This document shows positions 1 to 9,280 of a stretch of DNA of 64,000 nt, in pieces (position 1 is the stretch's first letter; every line of letters begins with the position of its first letter). Source of the stretch: a virus. Taxonomy: Duplodnaviria > Caudoviricetes. The translations under genes were made by a program, and so were the position numbers. The DNA is taken from the IMG/VR virus record IMGVR_UViG_3300025840_000032, positions 457 through 64,456 of that record; one strand, given 5' to 3'. The notes below the pieces were generated by a model. It did not search any database, had not been told where the DNA came from, and worked only from the letters and a program-made list of their open reading frames with translations.

Positions 1-14
1 TATATGTAAATAAC

Positions 15-845
15 TTATTCATTATCAATGTTTCTTACTAACGTTTTCTCTTCAAACCCATACGGTAATTCAAAATCTTGAACATCTGATAACCTAATAA
101 ACCTGTTAATACAACTAATAATTGAATTACCCTCAACACGAACCTTCCCTGGATCTACCAATATTGGCGTGATGTTTTTATCCTTCCATCCGTATTGTTC
201 AGTATACATGAATTGCATAGCTTGTTGGTGTTGCTCCTCTCCAGGCGGTAATACAAATTTATCATAGTCAATCCGACCGTTTTCATCCCAATCAAGTTCT
301 TCCCATCCTGTTCTTTTTTGGTAAATATACATGATGTGAAATTTATCATTCATGTATTGTTCTTTGAGTATTTGAGATAACTTCTCCAATACTTTCATGT
401 CATGCAATAAATCAGTTCCATCCGATTGAGATTCATGGTCCCATTTATGCCAATAGTCTGTATACTTATGACGTATAAAAAGTAATCTCCGCTTATTCTC
501 CTTAAGGAGCTTAACTAATCTCTTCGATCGTCTATCGAATTGTGCTTTCGTCTTTTCAATATCAATCTCCCCATCTTGCCCATCAATTTGTTTATGTAAA
601 ACATGTACAAATTGCACACCAGAATCCGGATAAAAATCTTTAAATTCTGTTTCGAAGATTTTTGGTAGTAAATCAATAGGTGTTATTTGCCAATCAAATG
701 GGAAAGATGATTTTCTCATGTAATTTAGTGATTGACCCACACAACATCTATGTCCTAAACTAACAAAATAGTCAAATTCTTGATCAAAAACAGAATCTAA
801 TGGGGTTTTGTGAAAATTTGGTACTATCCAATCGTCTAAACTCAT
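15..845 (-). CDS. DUF1796-like putative papain-like cysteine peptidase
   Basis: FVSLGHRCCVG...SSFPFDW motif typical of DUF1796; ATG at 845 directly follows the queE stop. Confidence 0.6.
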   Translation of the reverse strand: MSLDDWIVPNFHKTPLDSVFDQEFDYFVSLGHRCCVGQSLNYMRKSSFPFDWQITPIDLLPKIFETEFKDFYPDSGVQFVHVLHKQIDGQDGEIDIEKTKAQFDRRSKRLVKLLKENKRRLLFIRHKYTDYWHKWDHESQSDGTDLLHDMKVLEKLSQILKEQYMNDKFHIMYIYQKRTGWEELDWDENGRIDYDKFVLPPGEEQHQQAMQFMYTEQYGWKDKNITPILVDPGKVRVEGNSIISCINRFIRLSDVQDFELPYGFEEKTLVRNIDNE

Positions 846-846
846 A

Positions 847-1596
847 TTATACAAGAAGTGCTTTATCCCAAATTAATAAGTGTAATCTAGGACTAAAATT
901 AAAATTATACTCTTTTGCAAGTTCTGCAACCTGTTTAGCAACATTAATATGTTCTTGCCTACTACCAGCACATGGCATTAACCATACACGACCTGTTGGA
1001 ATATCAAATTTATCAACATATTCGGATATAATTTCTTTCATGTCATGTCTACCTTGAACTACAAACTTAAAACCTGAATTGTTCATAGCATGCCATTCAA
1101 GTACTTCTTCAACATATCTTTTATGTCGTGGATCTCCATTGGTTTTTAATTTAGGAGAGGTTGTGAACGTCGCTTGGAAATCTTTAACCCAACGTTCATC
1201 TGGCATAAGAGTTGCGTTGGTTTCAAAATCAATTCGTGGTACCCAACCCCATTCTTCCTTAAGATAATCCATCAATTTCAAGAGTTTACCTTGCTGAATT
1301 AAAGGTTCTCCACCAGTTAATTTTAAAATTGCTCCATTTAAGAGATGTTCTTTATATCCCTCATCTTCCATGAGACACTTAATATGGTAAAATGTCATCT
1401 TATTTTTAACGCTCCAGGATATGTAACTATCACAACCATATGGAGCATCATCAGATTTGAATCCAATACATGTAAGGGTACACATTGCGGTTCTTAAGAA
1501 TACGCTTGGTTGCCCAATGTATTCTCCTTCCCCTTCAATAGTATGGAAGACTTTATCGTTACTGAGAAACATTGTTTCGTCTTTGAGATCACTCAT
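847..1596 (-). CDS. queE: 7-carboxy-7-deazaguanine synthase (radical SAM)
   Basis: FHTIEGEGEYIG.PSVFLR, C-x3-C-x11-C, LTGGEPL, ETN, SPKL, FSPRLH motifs. Confidence 0.9.
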   Translation of the reverse strand: MSDLKDETMFLSNDKVFHTIEGEGEYIGQPSVFLRTAMCTLTCIGFKSDDAPYGCDSYISWSVKNKMTFYHIKCLMEDEGYKEHLLNGAILKLTGGEPLIQQGKLLKLMDYLKEEWGWVPRIDFETNATLMPDERWVKDFQATFTTSPKLKTNGDPRHKRYVEEVLEWHAMNNSGFKFVVQGRHDMKEIISEYVDKFDIPTGRVWLMPCAGSRQEHINVAKQVAELAKEYNFNFSPRLHLLIWDKALLV

Positions 1597-1646
1597 ATAT
1601 TTATTATATGATGTACTTTTATGTAATCAAGCATAAATAATGGTAT

Positions 1647-2393
1647 ATGGCAAGAAAAAATTCGCGCTTATGCGCTGTTTTCGACCCGGAACCAACTAAT
1701 GGTAAACGTATTACAGATACACATAATGGTTGGGATTTAAACTTAAACATCAAAAATAAGTTCAGATTCTCTGATAAACATAATGAATTTCTGACGACAT
1801 TACTTGATCAAAATACTAAAATGGTATTCGCTGATGGGTGCGCTGGGACAGCAAAAACGTATTTATCTGTTCGGGGAGCACTAACATTATTGAATAATAG
1901 AAGTGTTGATCAAATAATATATCTTAGAAGTGTAGTTGAATCTGCAGCTCAAAAGATTGGTCACCTTCCTGGGGAATTAGATCAAAAATTCTTACCATAT
2001 TCTTTACCGATGTTGGATAAACTTGATGAGCTATTACCTAAAAATGTGGGAGAAAAACTCATAAAAGATGAATATATTAAATGTATTCCAGTTAATTTTA
2101 CAAGAGGTCTTACTTTCCATAAGTCAGTTGTAATAATTGATGAAGCTCAAAACTTAACTAAACAAGAATTAGTTACATTATTAACTAGATTTGGTGAAGA
2201 TTCTAAATATATCATTATCGGTGATACAAATCAATCCGATATTACCGGTAAATCTGGATTTAAACCAATTTTAGAATCATTTACTAATCTTGGAGCTGAA
2301 AATAATGGTATATTTACATTCTTGTTTGATGAAACCGAAATAGTTAGAAGCAAAATATTGAAATATATCGTTAAAGTGTTAAACAGAATTTAA
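1647..2393 (+). CDS. phoH: PhoH-like ATPase
   Basis: GCAGTAKT Walker A, IGHLPG, RGLTF, IIDEAQN, GDTNQSD, IVRS. Confidence 0.92.
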   Translation: MARKNSRLCAVFDPEPTNGKRITDTHNGWDLNLNIKNKFRFSDKHNEFLTTLLDQNTKMVFADGCAGTAKTYLSVRGALTLLNNRSVDQIIYLRSVVESAAQKIGHLPGELDQKFLPYSLPMLDKLDELLPKNVGEKLIKDEYIKCIPVNFTRGLTFHKSVVIIDEAQNLTKQELVTLLTRFGEDSKYIIIGDTNQSDITGKSGFKPILESFTNLGAENNGIFTFLFDETEIVRSKILKYIVKVLNRI

Positions 2394-2575
2394 TTCTGTT
2401 CCATATCAAGTAGTTCTTTAAGAGCTTCCTCAGGAGAAATGTGTGTAACATTATTGTGAGGAAGCTCTTGTTGTTCGCCTGGCTCTGGCTTAATTAGTTC
2501 AGCCATTCTTCCAAAAACATCGTTTTGAAGTTTATTAATAGATGGGTCTTTATCTATGTTAACTCCGTGTATCAT
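2390..2575 (-). CDS. hypothetical protein
   Basis: 61-aa ORF overlapping the queD stop (ATGA coupling). Confidence 0.55.
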   Translation of the reverse strand: MIHGVNIDKDPSINKLQNDVFGRMAELIKPEPGEQQELPHNNVTHISPEEALKELLDMEQN

Positions 2576-3228
2576 CTCATACTATCACCGTTACTAGCAC
2601 TCCATGACGTTCCTCCAAATGGATTACCTAATCCGGTGGATATTGGATTTCCAACAGATGCTGGAATTGGATCGTTTGATGATTTTGGTTCTGGTTCTGG
2701 TTGTTCTACGATCTCCTCGAGTTCCTTTTCAGCTTCAGCTAACTCTTCCGGATCAAATAAGGGTTTGTACATATTATTAAACGTTTTTTGTTCGCTATAA
2801 ACTACACTATTTTTTTCGTGTTCCCAGACTTCAACTTTGTTAACCCAACAACGACCAGATGTTTCCTTTTCAATGAATTCACTAGCAGCTTTAAAACACC
2901 ACTCTGCAATACGTTCTATACCCGTACCGTTAGGCATAATACGTAAATCACATGCTCCTACTTTCGTTAACTCTTGAAAATATGGAAGAGCTGGATCATC
3001 AGCTGCAATACATGTAGTATGATCAAATTGATTTTCTAGTTGTGATTTAAGTGGTTTTAAAGCTCCAAAATCGACACACCAATGATTTTCATCTAATGTA
3101 TTACAACTAAACCAAAATTTAGCTGTTAACCTGTACCCATGGAGGAACTTGCAATGACTCTCCGCTCTTGGTTGTCTAAATGCACAGCTACCTAGTTCAA
3201 TAATTTTCGTACTTTCGAATGTTGACAT
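2572..3228 (-). CDS. queD: 6-carboxytetrahydropterin synthase with acidic/Pro-rich C-terminal extension
   Basis: SHCKFLHGY, VDFG.LK, FDHT, VEVWEHEKNS; ATG 3228 follows a TTGATT-N16-TACAAT promoter. Confidence 0.88.
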   Translation of the reverse strand: MSTFESTKIIELGSCAFRQPRAESHCKFLHGYRLTAKFWFSCNTLDENHWCVDFGALKPLKSQLENQFDHTTCIAADDPALPYFQELTKVGACDLRIMPNGTGIERIAEWCFKAASEFIEKETSGRCWVNKVEVWEHEKNSVVYSEQKTFNNMYKPLFDPEELAEAEKELEEIVEQPEPEPKSSNDPIPASVGNPISTGLGNPFGGTSWSASNGDSMR

Positions 3229-3259
3229 ATAATTGATTGTATCGATACACCAACAATAA

Positions 3260-3502
3260 TCAACGTTTTTGTGTAGATTCTTTGAGAATGTTTGCAATAC
3301 GAGGGTTGATGAATTTACATACAGTTTCATCCATCTTTGACTTACCTGCAGATTGTAACGCTATAGCTACTGATTGTTTCTGAGCTTTCTTTTTCGATTG
3401 AGGTTTACTAGTACCTATCTTACCGTCGTCCTTATAGGATCCCATAAGCTCCTTAATGTTCTTCCTAATAATCTTATCTGTTTTTCCTTTTTTAAGCGGC
3501 AT
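3260..3502 (-). CDS. small basic protein
   Basis: MPLKKGK..K.I.KNIKEL...KQ.VAIAL pattern seen in small phage proteins. Confidence 0.6.
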   Translation of the reverse strand: MPLKKGKTDKIIRKNIKELMGSYKDDGKIGTSKPQSKKKAQKQSVAIALQSAGKSKMDETVCKFINPRIANILKESTQKR

Positions 3503-3947
3503 GTGTTAAAACTTTCTTGTAAAGGTTGGTAATATCTGTGTCGGATAATCCTGCTTGCTTTAAATATAATTCAATATCATTTATATTATCCGTATTTTTA
3601 ATTTGGGTAATTTCTTTATTATCAAGTTGTTCAGATAGTTTTTTGATAACAAATTTTTTAAAAACTTCAATAGCTTTTGGTTTATTTGGTGTTATAACTG
3701 GTTCTTTAATATCGTAAATACCAGGCATGGAACCACCAGGCATTAAAACCTTAAGCATTGGAGGTATGCCGTTGATCATTGGTCCTCCACAAGCTTCGCT
3801 AGTCAATTCATGAAGAATAAATCCTTCATAACTATCACTCTCTTCAAAACCTGCATTTAATGTTGGATCTACTTTGAACCGGATATATCTTAACCCTTTA
3901 CCCTTAAGGCAGTCGGTCAAAATCTCATCAAAGTTTTTCATTTTCAT
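3492..3947 (-). CDS. hypothetical late protein
   Basis: 151-aa ORF; TAAATA 5 nt upstream; N-terminus MKNFDEIL. Confidence 0.65.
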   Translation of the reverse strand: MKMKNFDEILTDCLKGKGLRYIRFKVDPTLNAGFEESDSYEGFILHELTSEACGGPMINGIPPMLKVLMPGGSMPGIYDIKEPVITPNKPKAIEVFKKFVIKKLSEQLDNKEITQIKNTDNINDIELYLKQAGLSDTDITNLYKKVLTHAA

Positions 3948-4006
3948 GATAATATTTAATCAAAATCGTATTGATTATAATTGTCGTGCGCGTATAATTA
4001 ATACAT

Positions 4007-4651
4007 ATGAATAATAATCGCGGAAAAGAATTTTTGTTACCGGTAGCTAATAGCTCAGTTCACCTTACAGATGAGAAAAAACTACAGATTATCGATAATG
4101 CAGCTGAAGCTTATGAAAAATTTCTGGATGCACTTGGATTTGATTGGAGAGCTGATCCAAATTCAAATAATACCCCTAAACGTGTTGCAAAATCATTTGT
4201 TAATGATTTGATTTCTGGTTGTTATGCAGAACCCCCACGAATTACATCATTTCCAGCCGATGGGTATGATGGGATTATAGCTCAAACAAATATCCCAGTT
4301 AAAAGTTTGTGTAGTCATCATCATTTAAATTTTACCGGGAAAGCTCATGTAGCTTATATACCTTCATTGAATGGGAGGGTTATTGGATTGAGTAAGCTTA
4401 ATCGAATTGTTGAATATTATGCGCGAAGACCTCAAGTGCAAGAATCACTTACTATGCAAATTGCTAATGCAATCAATGAAAGTTGTGAACAGAATAAAGG
4501 TGTTGCGGTTGTTCTTGAATGTACCCATACTTGTGCTTGCCTCAGAGGTGTTAAACATGACGGGTGTGTTATGAAAACCTCCAAATTAACCGGGGATTTC
4601 ATGTATGATCGTGGTACCCGCCAAGAGTTTTATGAATTTATCCGAGGGTAA
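4007..4651 (+). CDS. folE: GTP cyclohydrolase I
   Basis: [36 protein letters not shown]. Confidence 0.95.
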   Translation: MNNNRGKEFLLPVANSSVHLTDEKKLQIIDNAAEAYEKFLDALGFDWRADPNSNNTPKRVAKSFVNDLISGCYAEPPRITSFPADGYDGIIAQTNIPVKSLCSHHHLNFTGKAHVAYIPSLNGRVIGLSKLNRIVEYYARRPQVQESLTMQIANAINESCEQNKGVAVVLECTHTCACLRGVKHDGCVMKTSKLTGDFMYDRGTRQEFYEFIRG

Positions 4652-4655
4652 TTAT

Positions 4656-5204
4656 ATGGCAGTTCAAGATAATTCATATTACGCATTTGAGAAAGCTATT
4701 TTAAAAGCGAGTACTCTCCGTGAAAAAAATTTGTATGGCCCGGCTAGTAAAGCTGCAGAGGATCCGGAAATTGGCATTGTTATTAAACAAAAACCAGCTT
4801 ACTTCGTAATTAAAGATTGTGCTAATATTACAAAACGATATCTGTTTATTATGTGTTATGGATCATTAACTGATCCAATACAACAACTTAAAGGTACAGT
4901 AAATGCTAAAGATATTAAAGATTTTGTTAAGAGAAGTAAAAATAAAGATAATCCCGAAACACTTCAACTGCTAAAATTGGTTATTCATGATATTCAAAAT
5001 TATATTACACCTCCAGATCCGGATATTCAAGAATTGGATATTAGTTTTGATATAATTGACGGGGAAAACGTTTATGGGGATTATGAGGAATTGAACAACG
5101 AACGGTTAATAGCAATTGAAAAAATTGAAGCCTTTCAAAAGGCAAGAATTGATTTAAATAACGAGAAAGCTGTGGTTGATCGATTAACCGAGATATTTGT
5201 TTAA
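4656..5204 (+). CDS. hypothetical protein
   Basis: ORF directly downstream of folE; ATG 4656 preferred. Confidence 0.65.
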   Translation: MAVQDNSYYAFEKAILKASTLREKNLYGPASKAAEDPEIGIVIKQKPAYFVIKDCANITKRYLFIMCYGSLTDPIQQLKGTVNAKDIKDFVKRSKNKDNPETLQLLKLVIHDIQNYITPPDPDIQELDISFDIIDGENVYGDYEELNNERLIAIEKIEAFQKARIDLNNEKAVVDRLTEIFV

Positions 5205-5635
5205 TCCTCTTTATCAACATCGATGAGTTTGTCTATCTTTGAGACAAACTCTTTCCCTATTAATACGGGGTATTCATTTTCACTTCTATCTGCTATTGAA
5301 AATGGTACGTCTGTGTATTTTTGATCATCAAAGATTATATCAAATAATACAACCGGACGTTCTTCTTTATTTCCTGATCCAATATGGATTATAATTGTAT
5401 CGACAATTTGTTTTTTAACACGTTTGTTATTTACAGTTGAGAAAATTATGTTCTTTCCTCGGGTTTCAAAATTAACTCCATGTAACACGTTATAAGCTCC
5501 ATTTCCAGAATCCACCTTTGCATCTACATCACCAATGTCTTTGATTTTTATGGGTTCAACTAGACCGATAACATCATCATCAGTTGTTATTTCGTTTAGA
5601 TAATATGTTCTATATATAGAGTTAAATGTTTTCAT
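5201..5635 (-). CDS. retropepsin-like protease (RimK-associated 'ATP-dependent Zn protease' family)
   Basis: AKVDSGNG, E.RPVV, FSIADRS, PVLIG motifs. Confidence 0.8.
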   Translation of the reverse strand: MKTFNSIYRTYYLNEITTDDDVIGLVEPIKIKDIGDVDAKVDSGNGAYNVLHGVNFETRGKNIIFSTVNNKRVKKQIVDTIIIHIGSGNKEERPVVLFDIIFDDQKYTDVPFSIADRSENEYPVLIGKEFVSKIDKLIDVDKED

Positions 5636-5820
5636 CGACCTTTGTGTGTAATCCTGTGTTCTAATATTCGCTTCCGCTCTTGTCTAGCTAATGGAATAAT
5701 ATCCGCAAGTGCTTGCCTAGCTCTTCGTGAAGAAGCTATTGTACCACTTGTAATATACTTTTCAAGGTTATTGACATATGATCGAACTAAATCTAATATC
5801 TCTCCCCTATTTGTGTCCAT
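5632..5820 (-). CDS. histone H1-like Hc1-family small protein
   Basis: G..ASSRRARQAL..I..LARQERK resembles the Hc1/HctA N-terminal motif; CATAAATA upstream. Confidence 0.6.
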   Translation of the reverse strand: MDTNRGEILDLVRSYVNNLEKYITSGTIASSRRARQALADIIPLARQERKRILEHRITHKGR

Positions 5821-5870
5821 AACATCAATTATTTATGGTTTTTATGGTAAATTAACATAAATTATGGTGT

Positions 5871-6548
5871 ATGAAAAAAATTATAGTAACACTTATCACA
5901 TTGCTAACTTGCGTATCCGCATATGCTCAAGTTAATTTAGAATCTGGATATGCAACCGATTTTACAATCCGGGGTACTTCTAGAGCAACCAATACAGCCG
6001 TAGTGGGTATAACTGGAATTAAAGACGTATCTGATAAAATGTATGTCTACGGATTTAATTATTTTGTCCCAACTAAACGGCAAACAGCACAAAACCATAC
6101 AGGTTTAGGATTATCCTATTATGCTGATCTTGATGAATGGTCATTTATGGCTGATTTTCAAGGCAATTATCATCTAACTCAAACACCGACCGGTAATTCG
6201 ATTGAGTTTGGAACTGGGCTTACGTTCTATAATTTACCGTATATCAACAAATTTGCAAATATTTCGTTGTATTATTGGGATGATATCGATCTCAATAGTA
6301 GAGGTATTGAAGTGAGTGTTAGTAAACGATTTGCAAACGTTGGTCTCAATTATTTGAACGTAATACCAAAAGCTAGTGTATATGTGTTTAATACACATAC
6401 AGCATATGCTGCTCAAATTAAGGTTGATTATAGTAAATTTATTATCAGACCGTTTGCTGAACTATCATATATGAATAACGATGCGATTGGCTCATTAGCT
6501 CTAGATAACGATTACCAAGCATATGTTGGTTTATCTTATAAGTTTTAA
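5871..6548 (+). CDS. outer-membrane beta-barrel protein (porin-like)
   Basis: Sec signal peptide (MKKIIVTLITLLTCVSAYA), alternating beta-strands, C-terminal YVGLSYKF BAM signature. Confidence 0.7.
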   Translation: MKKIIVTLITLLTCVSAYAQVNLESGYATDFTIRGTSRATNTAVVGITGIKDVSDKMYVYGFNYFVPTKRQTAQNHTGLGLSYYADLDEWSFMADFQGNYHLTQTPTGNSIEFGTGLTFYNLPYINKFANISLYYWDDIDLNSRGIEVSVSKRFANVGLNYLNVIPKASVYVFNTHTAYAAQIKVDYSKFIIRPFAELSYMNNDAIGSLALDNDYQAYVGLSYKF

Positions 6549-6564
6549 TATAATTTAAGTTTTA

Positions 6565-6588
6565 AAGCCTACCATATATGGTAGGCTT
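6565..6588. terminator. bidirectional intrinsic terminator
   Basis: Perfect palindrome AAGCCTACCATATATGGTAGGCTT between convergent genes, T-run following. Confidence 0.8.
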
Positions 6589-6850
6589 ATTTTTTCTTCC
6601 AATTTACTCTTTTTGAACTTTTCTTTTGATACATCTTACCTTTAATTGAATTACATGCTGATTTAGTTGGTCTACATGCTGGGTAACTTCCTCCGGATTT
6701 TTTAGATTTTCTGCCACACGGACCACCCGTTTTACAATTTACCCAACCAGAAAATTTCTTCCCGGTTTTTGGATCTTTACCACCACGTTTAAACCATTGA
6801 TGTAAGTTATCTGAGGCTTCGTAAAATTGTTTAAAGTTTATATTATTCAT
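6587..6850 (-). CDS. small basic Cys-containing protein
   Basis: L..WF...WV....G.PCGR......YP.CRP motif; N-terminus NFKQFYEA. Confidence 0.7.
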   Translation of the reverse strand: MNNINFKQFYEASDNLHQWFKRGGKDPKTGKKFSGWVNCKTGGPCGRKSKKSGGSYPACRPTKSACNSIKGKMYQKKSSKRVNWKKK

Positions 6851-8258
6851 TTTCTAACCAATCCATTGATGCAAAATATAATCCACTACCACCACCACCG
6901 GATTTTATAGGTGTTACAAATACATGTAAAATATTAGGTGTACCATTTATATTATGTCCTAGCGAAAAGAAACTATCTTGTAAAGAGCTAATTACACTAG
7001 CATTATCTTTTGATACCAATACAGTGCTTATAACGTTACCGCCAGATAGATATTGTATGCCAGATCCTCCTACCCCCCAAGATACCGCTGAATTTGGCAC
7101 ACTAGATAACGATACTGAACCGGTATGAGCTGGATCAATTATTAATCGTACCCTTGTGTCTATATTACTATCTGAATTAAGAATATTAAATATTTCCGGT
7201 GATATAACACCCTGTAATCTTGTTGAAGATAATGCAATCTGTAATAATGAACATTCGGTTCCCACCGCAATACTAACTGGTGTATTAATTCCTGTATATG
7301 CCATTGTATCTACTGAACGTAATGTGCCTTGTTTTTGTACACCACCTTCAGAATTAACATTAGCGCATATATGAAGTAAATTACCGGGGGTGCTACCGGT
7401 TTGTCTAATTTCAGCTCTTAATGGTAAATTTGGATTAGTAATATAAACAGATTCTATATTATTAGAATTTAAAACTTCATGACAGTAATAGATTATCCCG
7501 TCTATTACAAACCCGAAACGAACTCTACCAACCCCTAACCATTCATAATCAATTGTAAATATTTGAACTTTAGTCATATCAAGGGTAACACCGCTTGACC
7601 CGGTCCCGTTTAATGGATCAATATTCCACGCACTTTGAGGTACATATACAGATGACGTGTTACCAGTCGAATTGCCAATATTAACAGATAATACATTATT
7701 TTCGTTTTTAAAATACATACCGGTATATTGATCATATGGAGCTGAAATGTTAGATTCAAAAAATCCGTATTTCATATCTAAACCATCTCCTCCAGATAAA
7801 ATACCTGTAAACATATATTGTTGAGATTTACCAGGTTGATATGCAAATGATTGTTTAGTTTGTCTTATCACATAATCTCCACTTAAAGTGGTAGATAATA
7901 AAGTACCGGCATCGCCAGATTTAAATTGAACTATTCCGGACCCATTAATAACTTCATTAAAAATAAATTCTCTTTTACTGAATAATTGTTTAACGGAAAA
8001 AATAGTTTGAGGTTGACTAACTCTTAATCGACCAAATGCATCCACAGCACCATTATCACCAAAAGGTGTTGAGTTAGTAATTGATTGCCCTATATCATAA
8101 GTCAGTATAGCTGTTTTAGGAAATACTTGAGATTTAATACTCAAATCGTTTTCCCAATATGCTGTTACTGGAGGAAATTTGCTATCATCTAATATTTCAA
8201 CAAACTTCTGATATTCTAAAGTTTGAAACCCTGTGTTTAATGTTGTTCTCAATGACAT
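6843..8258 (-). CDS. beta-rich phage protein (possible lectin/ConA-like virion protein)
   Basis: DAFGRLRVS, YQPGKS, IDYEWLGVGRVRFGF motifs recurrent in large phages; Gly/Ser/Thr rich. Confidence 0.6.
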   Translation of the reverse strand: MSLRTTLNTGFQTLEYQKFVEILDDSKFPPVTAYWENDLSIKSQVFPKTAILTYDIGQSITNSTPFGDNGAVDAFGRLRVSQPQTIFSVKQLFSKREFIFNEVINGSGIVQFKSGDAGTLLSTTLSGDYVIRQTKQSFAYQPGKSQQYMFTGILSGGDGLDMKYGFFESNISAPYDQYTGMYFKNENNVLSVNIGNSTGNTSSVYVPQSAWNIDPLNGTGSSGVTLDMTKVQIFTIDYEWLGVGRVRFGFVIDGIIYYCHEVLNSNNIESVYITNPNLPLRAEIRQTGSTPGNLLHICANVNSEGGVQKQGTLRSVDTMAYTGINTPVSIAVGTECSLLQIALSSTRLQGVISPEIFNILNSDSNIDTRVRLIIDPAHTGSVSLSSVPNSAVSWGVGGSGIQYLSGGNVISTVLVSKDNASVISSLQDSFFSLGHNINGTPNILHVFVTPIKSGGGGSGLYFASMDWLENE

Positions 8259-8261
8259 ATG

Positions 8262-8492
8262 TTACTTTTTCTTCCAGATTTTACCTTTTCTACACCGGAC
8301 TATAGCCCCGGATTTATATGCAGATGTTTTATTTCCATATACAGAATCTGCTTTTCGTTTACACCTGTCTTCTGCATCTTCTGATTTGATTTTTTTTCTT
8401 TTCTTTGTATTGTCGTTTAATCCTGTTTCTATTTTTGTAGAACCACTATAAACTTCAAGAATCCTGTTAATTTTATCGTTAAATATTTTCAT
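8262..8492 (-). CDS. small basic protein
   Basis: D.C..K....Y...SAYKSGAIV.CRK motif; N-terminus MKIFNDKINRILE. Confidence 0.7.
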   Translation of the reverse strand: MKIFNDKINRILEVYSGSTKIETGLNDNTKKRKKIKSEDAEDRCKRKADSVYGNKTSAYKSGAIVRCRKGKIWKKK

Positions 8493-8501
8493 ATTATTAA
8501 G

Positions 8502-8804
8502 TTACCAATTTTGACATGAGGCGTGACGAGCAGTACCTGGTTTAGCTGTTGAACATTTATGTCTAGCTCTAAAGCTTTTACGACGTTTAGGGTTACTCTT
8601 TTTAATGCGCAGATTAGGGTCTCCGTAGTGTATCCGTTTGTATCCCTTACCGGAAGGGTTTTTAACACACTTCATATATTTCTTATTTTTAAGGTAGGAG
8701 CTGGCTTGTTTTGTTGCTTTTGTACATCTAGCTCCTTTTTTCTCCAATATTTTAAAAAAATCAATATCTTCTTGTAAAAGATTGTATAAAGAATTAAAAT
8801 CCAT
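8502..8804 (-). CDS. small basic protein
   Basis: YGDPNL.IK..NP.RRKSFRARH.C...C..W motif; N-terminus MDFNSLYNLLQE. Confidence 0.7.
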   Translation of the reverse strand: MDFNSLYNLLQEDIDFFKILEKKGARCTKATKQASSYLKNKKYMKCVKNPSGKGYKRIHYGDPNLRIKKSNPKRRKSFRARHKCSTAKPGTARHASCQNW

Positions 8805-8809
8805 ACATT

Positions 8810-8821
8810 TATTTATAAATA
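8810..8821. promoter_or_regulatory. divergent overlapping T4-type late promoters
   Basis: TATTTATAAATA reads TATAAATA on both strands, 5 nt from each flanking start codon (8804 and 8827). Confidence 0.8.
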
Positions 8822-8826
8822 TTGGT

Positions 8827-9276
8827 ATGAATAAAGATGAAATCGTTTTACAACAGCTTTATATGGAATCTACCGGAGCTACTTTTAACCCTTCTTTAGG
8901 TCCTAACGCTAATTCCCCTATGCAAGACCCAATATTAACTAAAATTGATATCGAAGATGTTAATACAGAAGATGAAGAACATGATAAAATTGATGACCAC
9001 GAAGTTGATATGGCTCAATCAGAATTATACAAATTAGCCGAATATGCTCCTAAATTATTGGATATGATCGGTAATTATAACGAACTCGAAGGGTGGGTTC
9101 AAGCTAAAATTACTAAAGCTAGTGACTATGTTTCAGATATTTACCATTATTTGAAATATGAACAAGAAGGTCCAGGGCAAGACGTGGAAATGGATGTTGA
9201 AATTCAAGATGAAATGCCTGATGAAAACCAGGCATTAAATGATGAAATTGTTAAAAATTTAATGAGCCGGTTTTAA
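8827..9276 (+). CDS. acidic late protein
   Basis: HEVDMAQSEL...LEGWVQAKITKASDY motif known from T4-like phage proteins; start placed at ATG 8827. Confidence 0.7.
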   Translation: MNKDEIVLQQLYMESTGATFNPSLGPNANSPMQDPILTKIDIEDVNTEDEEHDKIDDHEVDMAQSELYKLAEYAPKLLDMIGNYNELEGWVQAKITKASDYVSDIYHYLKYEQEGPGQDVEMDVEIQDEMPDENQALNDEIVKNLMSRF

Positions 9277-9280
9277 TCCG

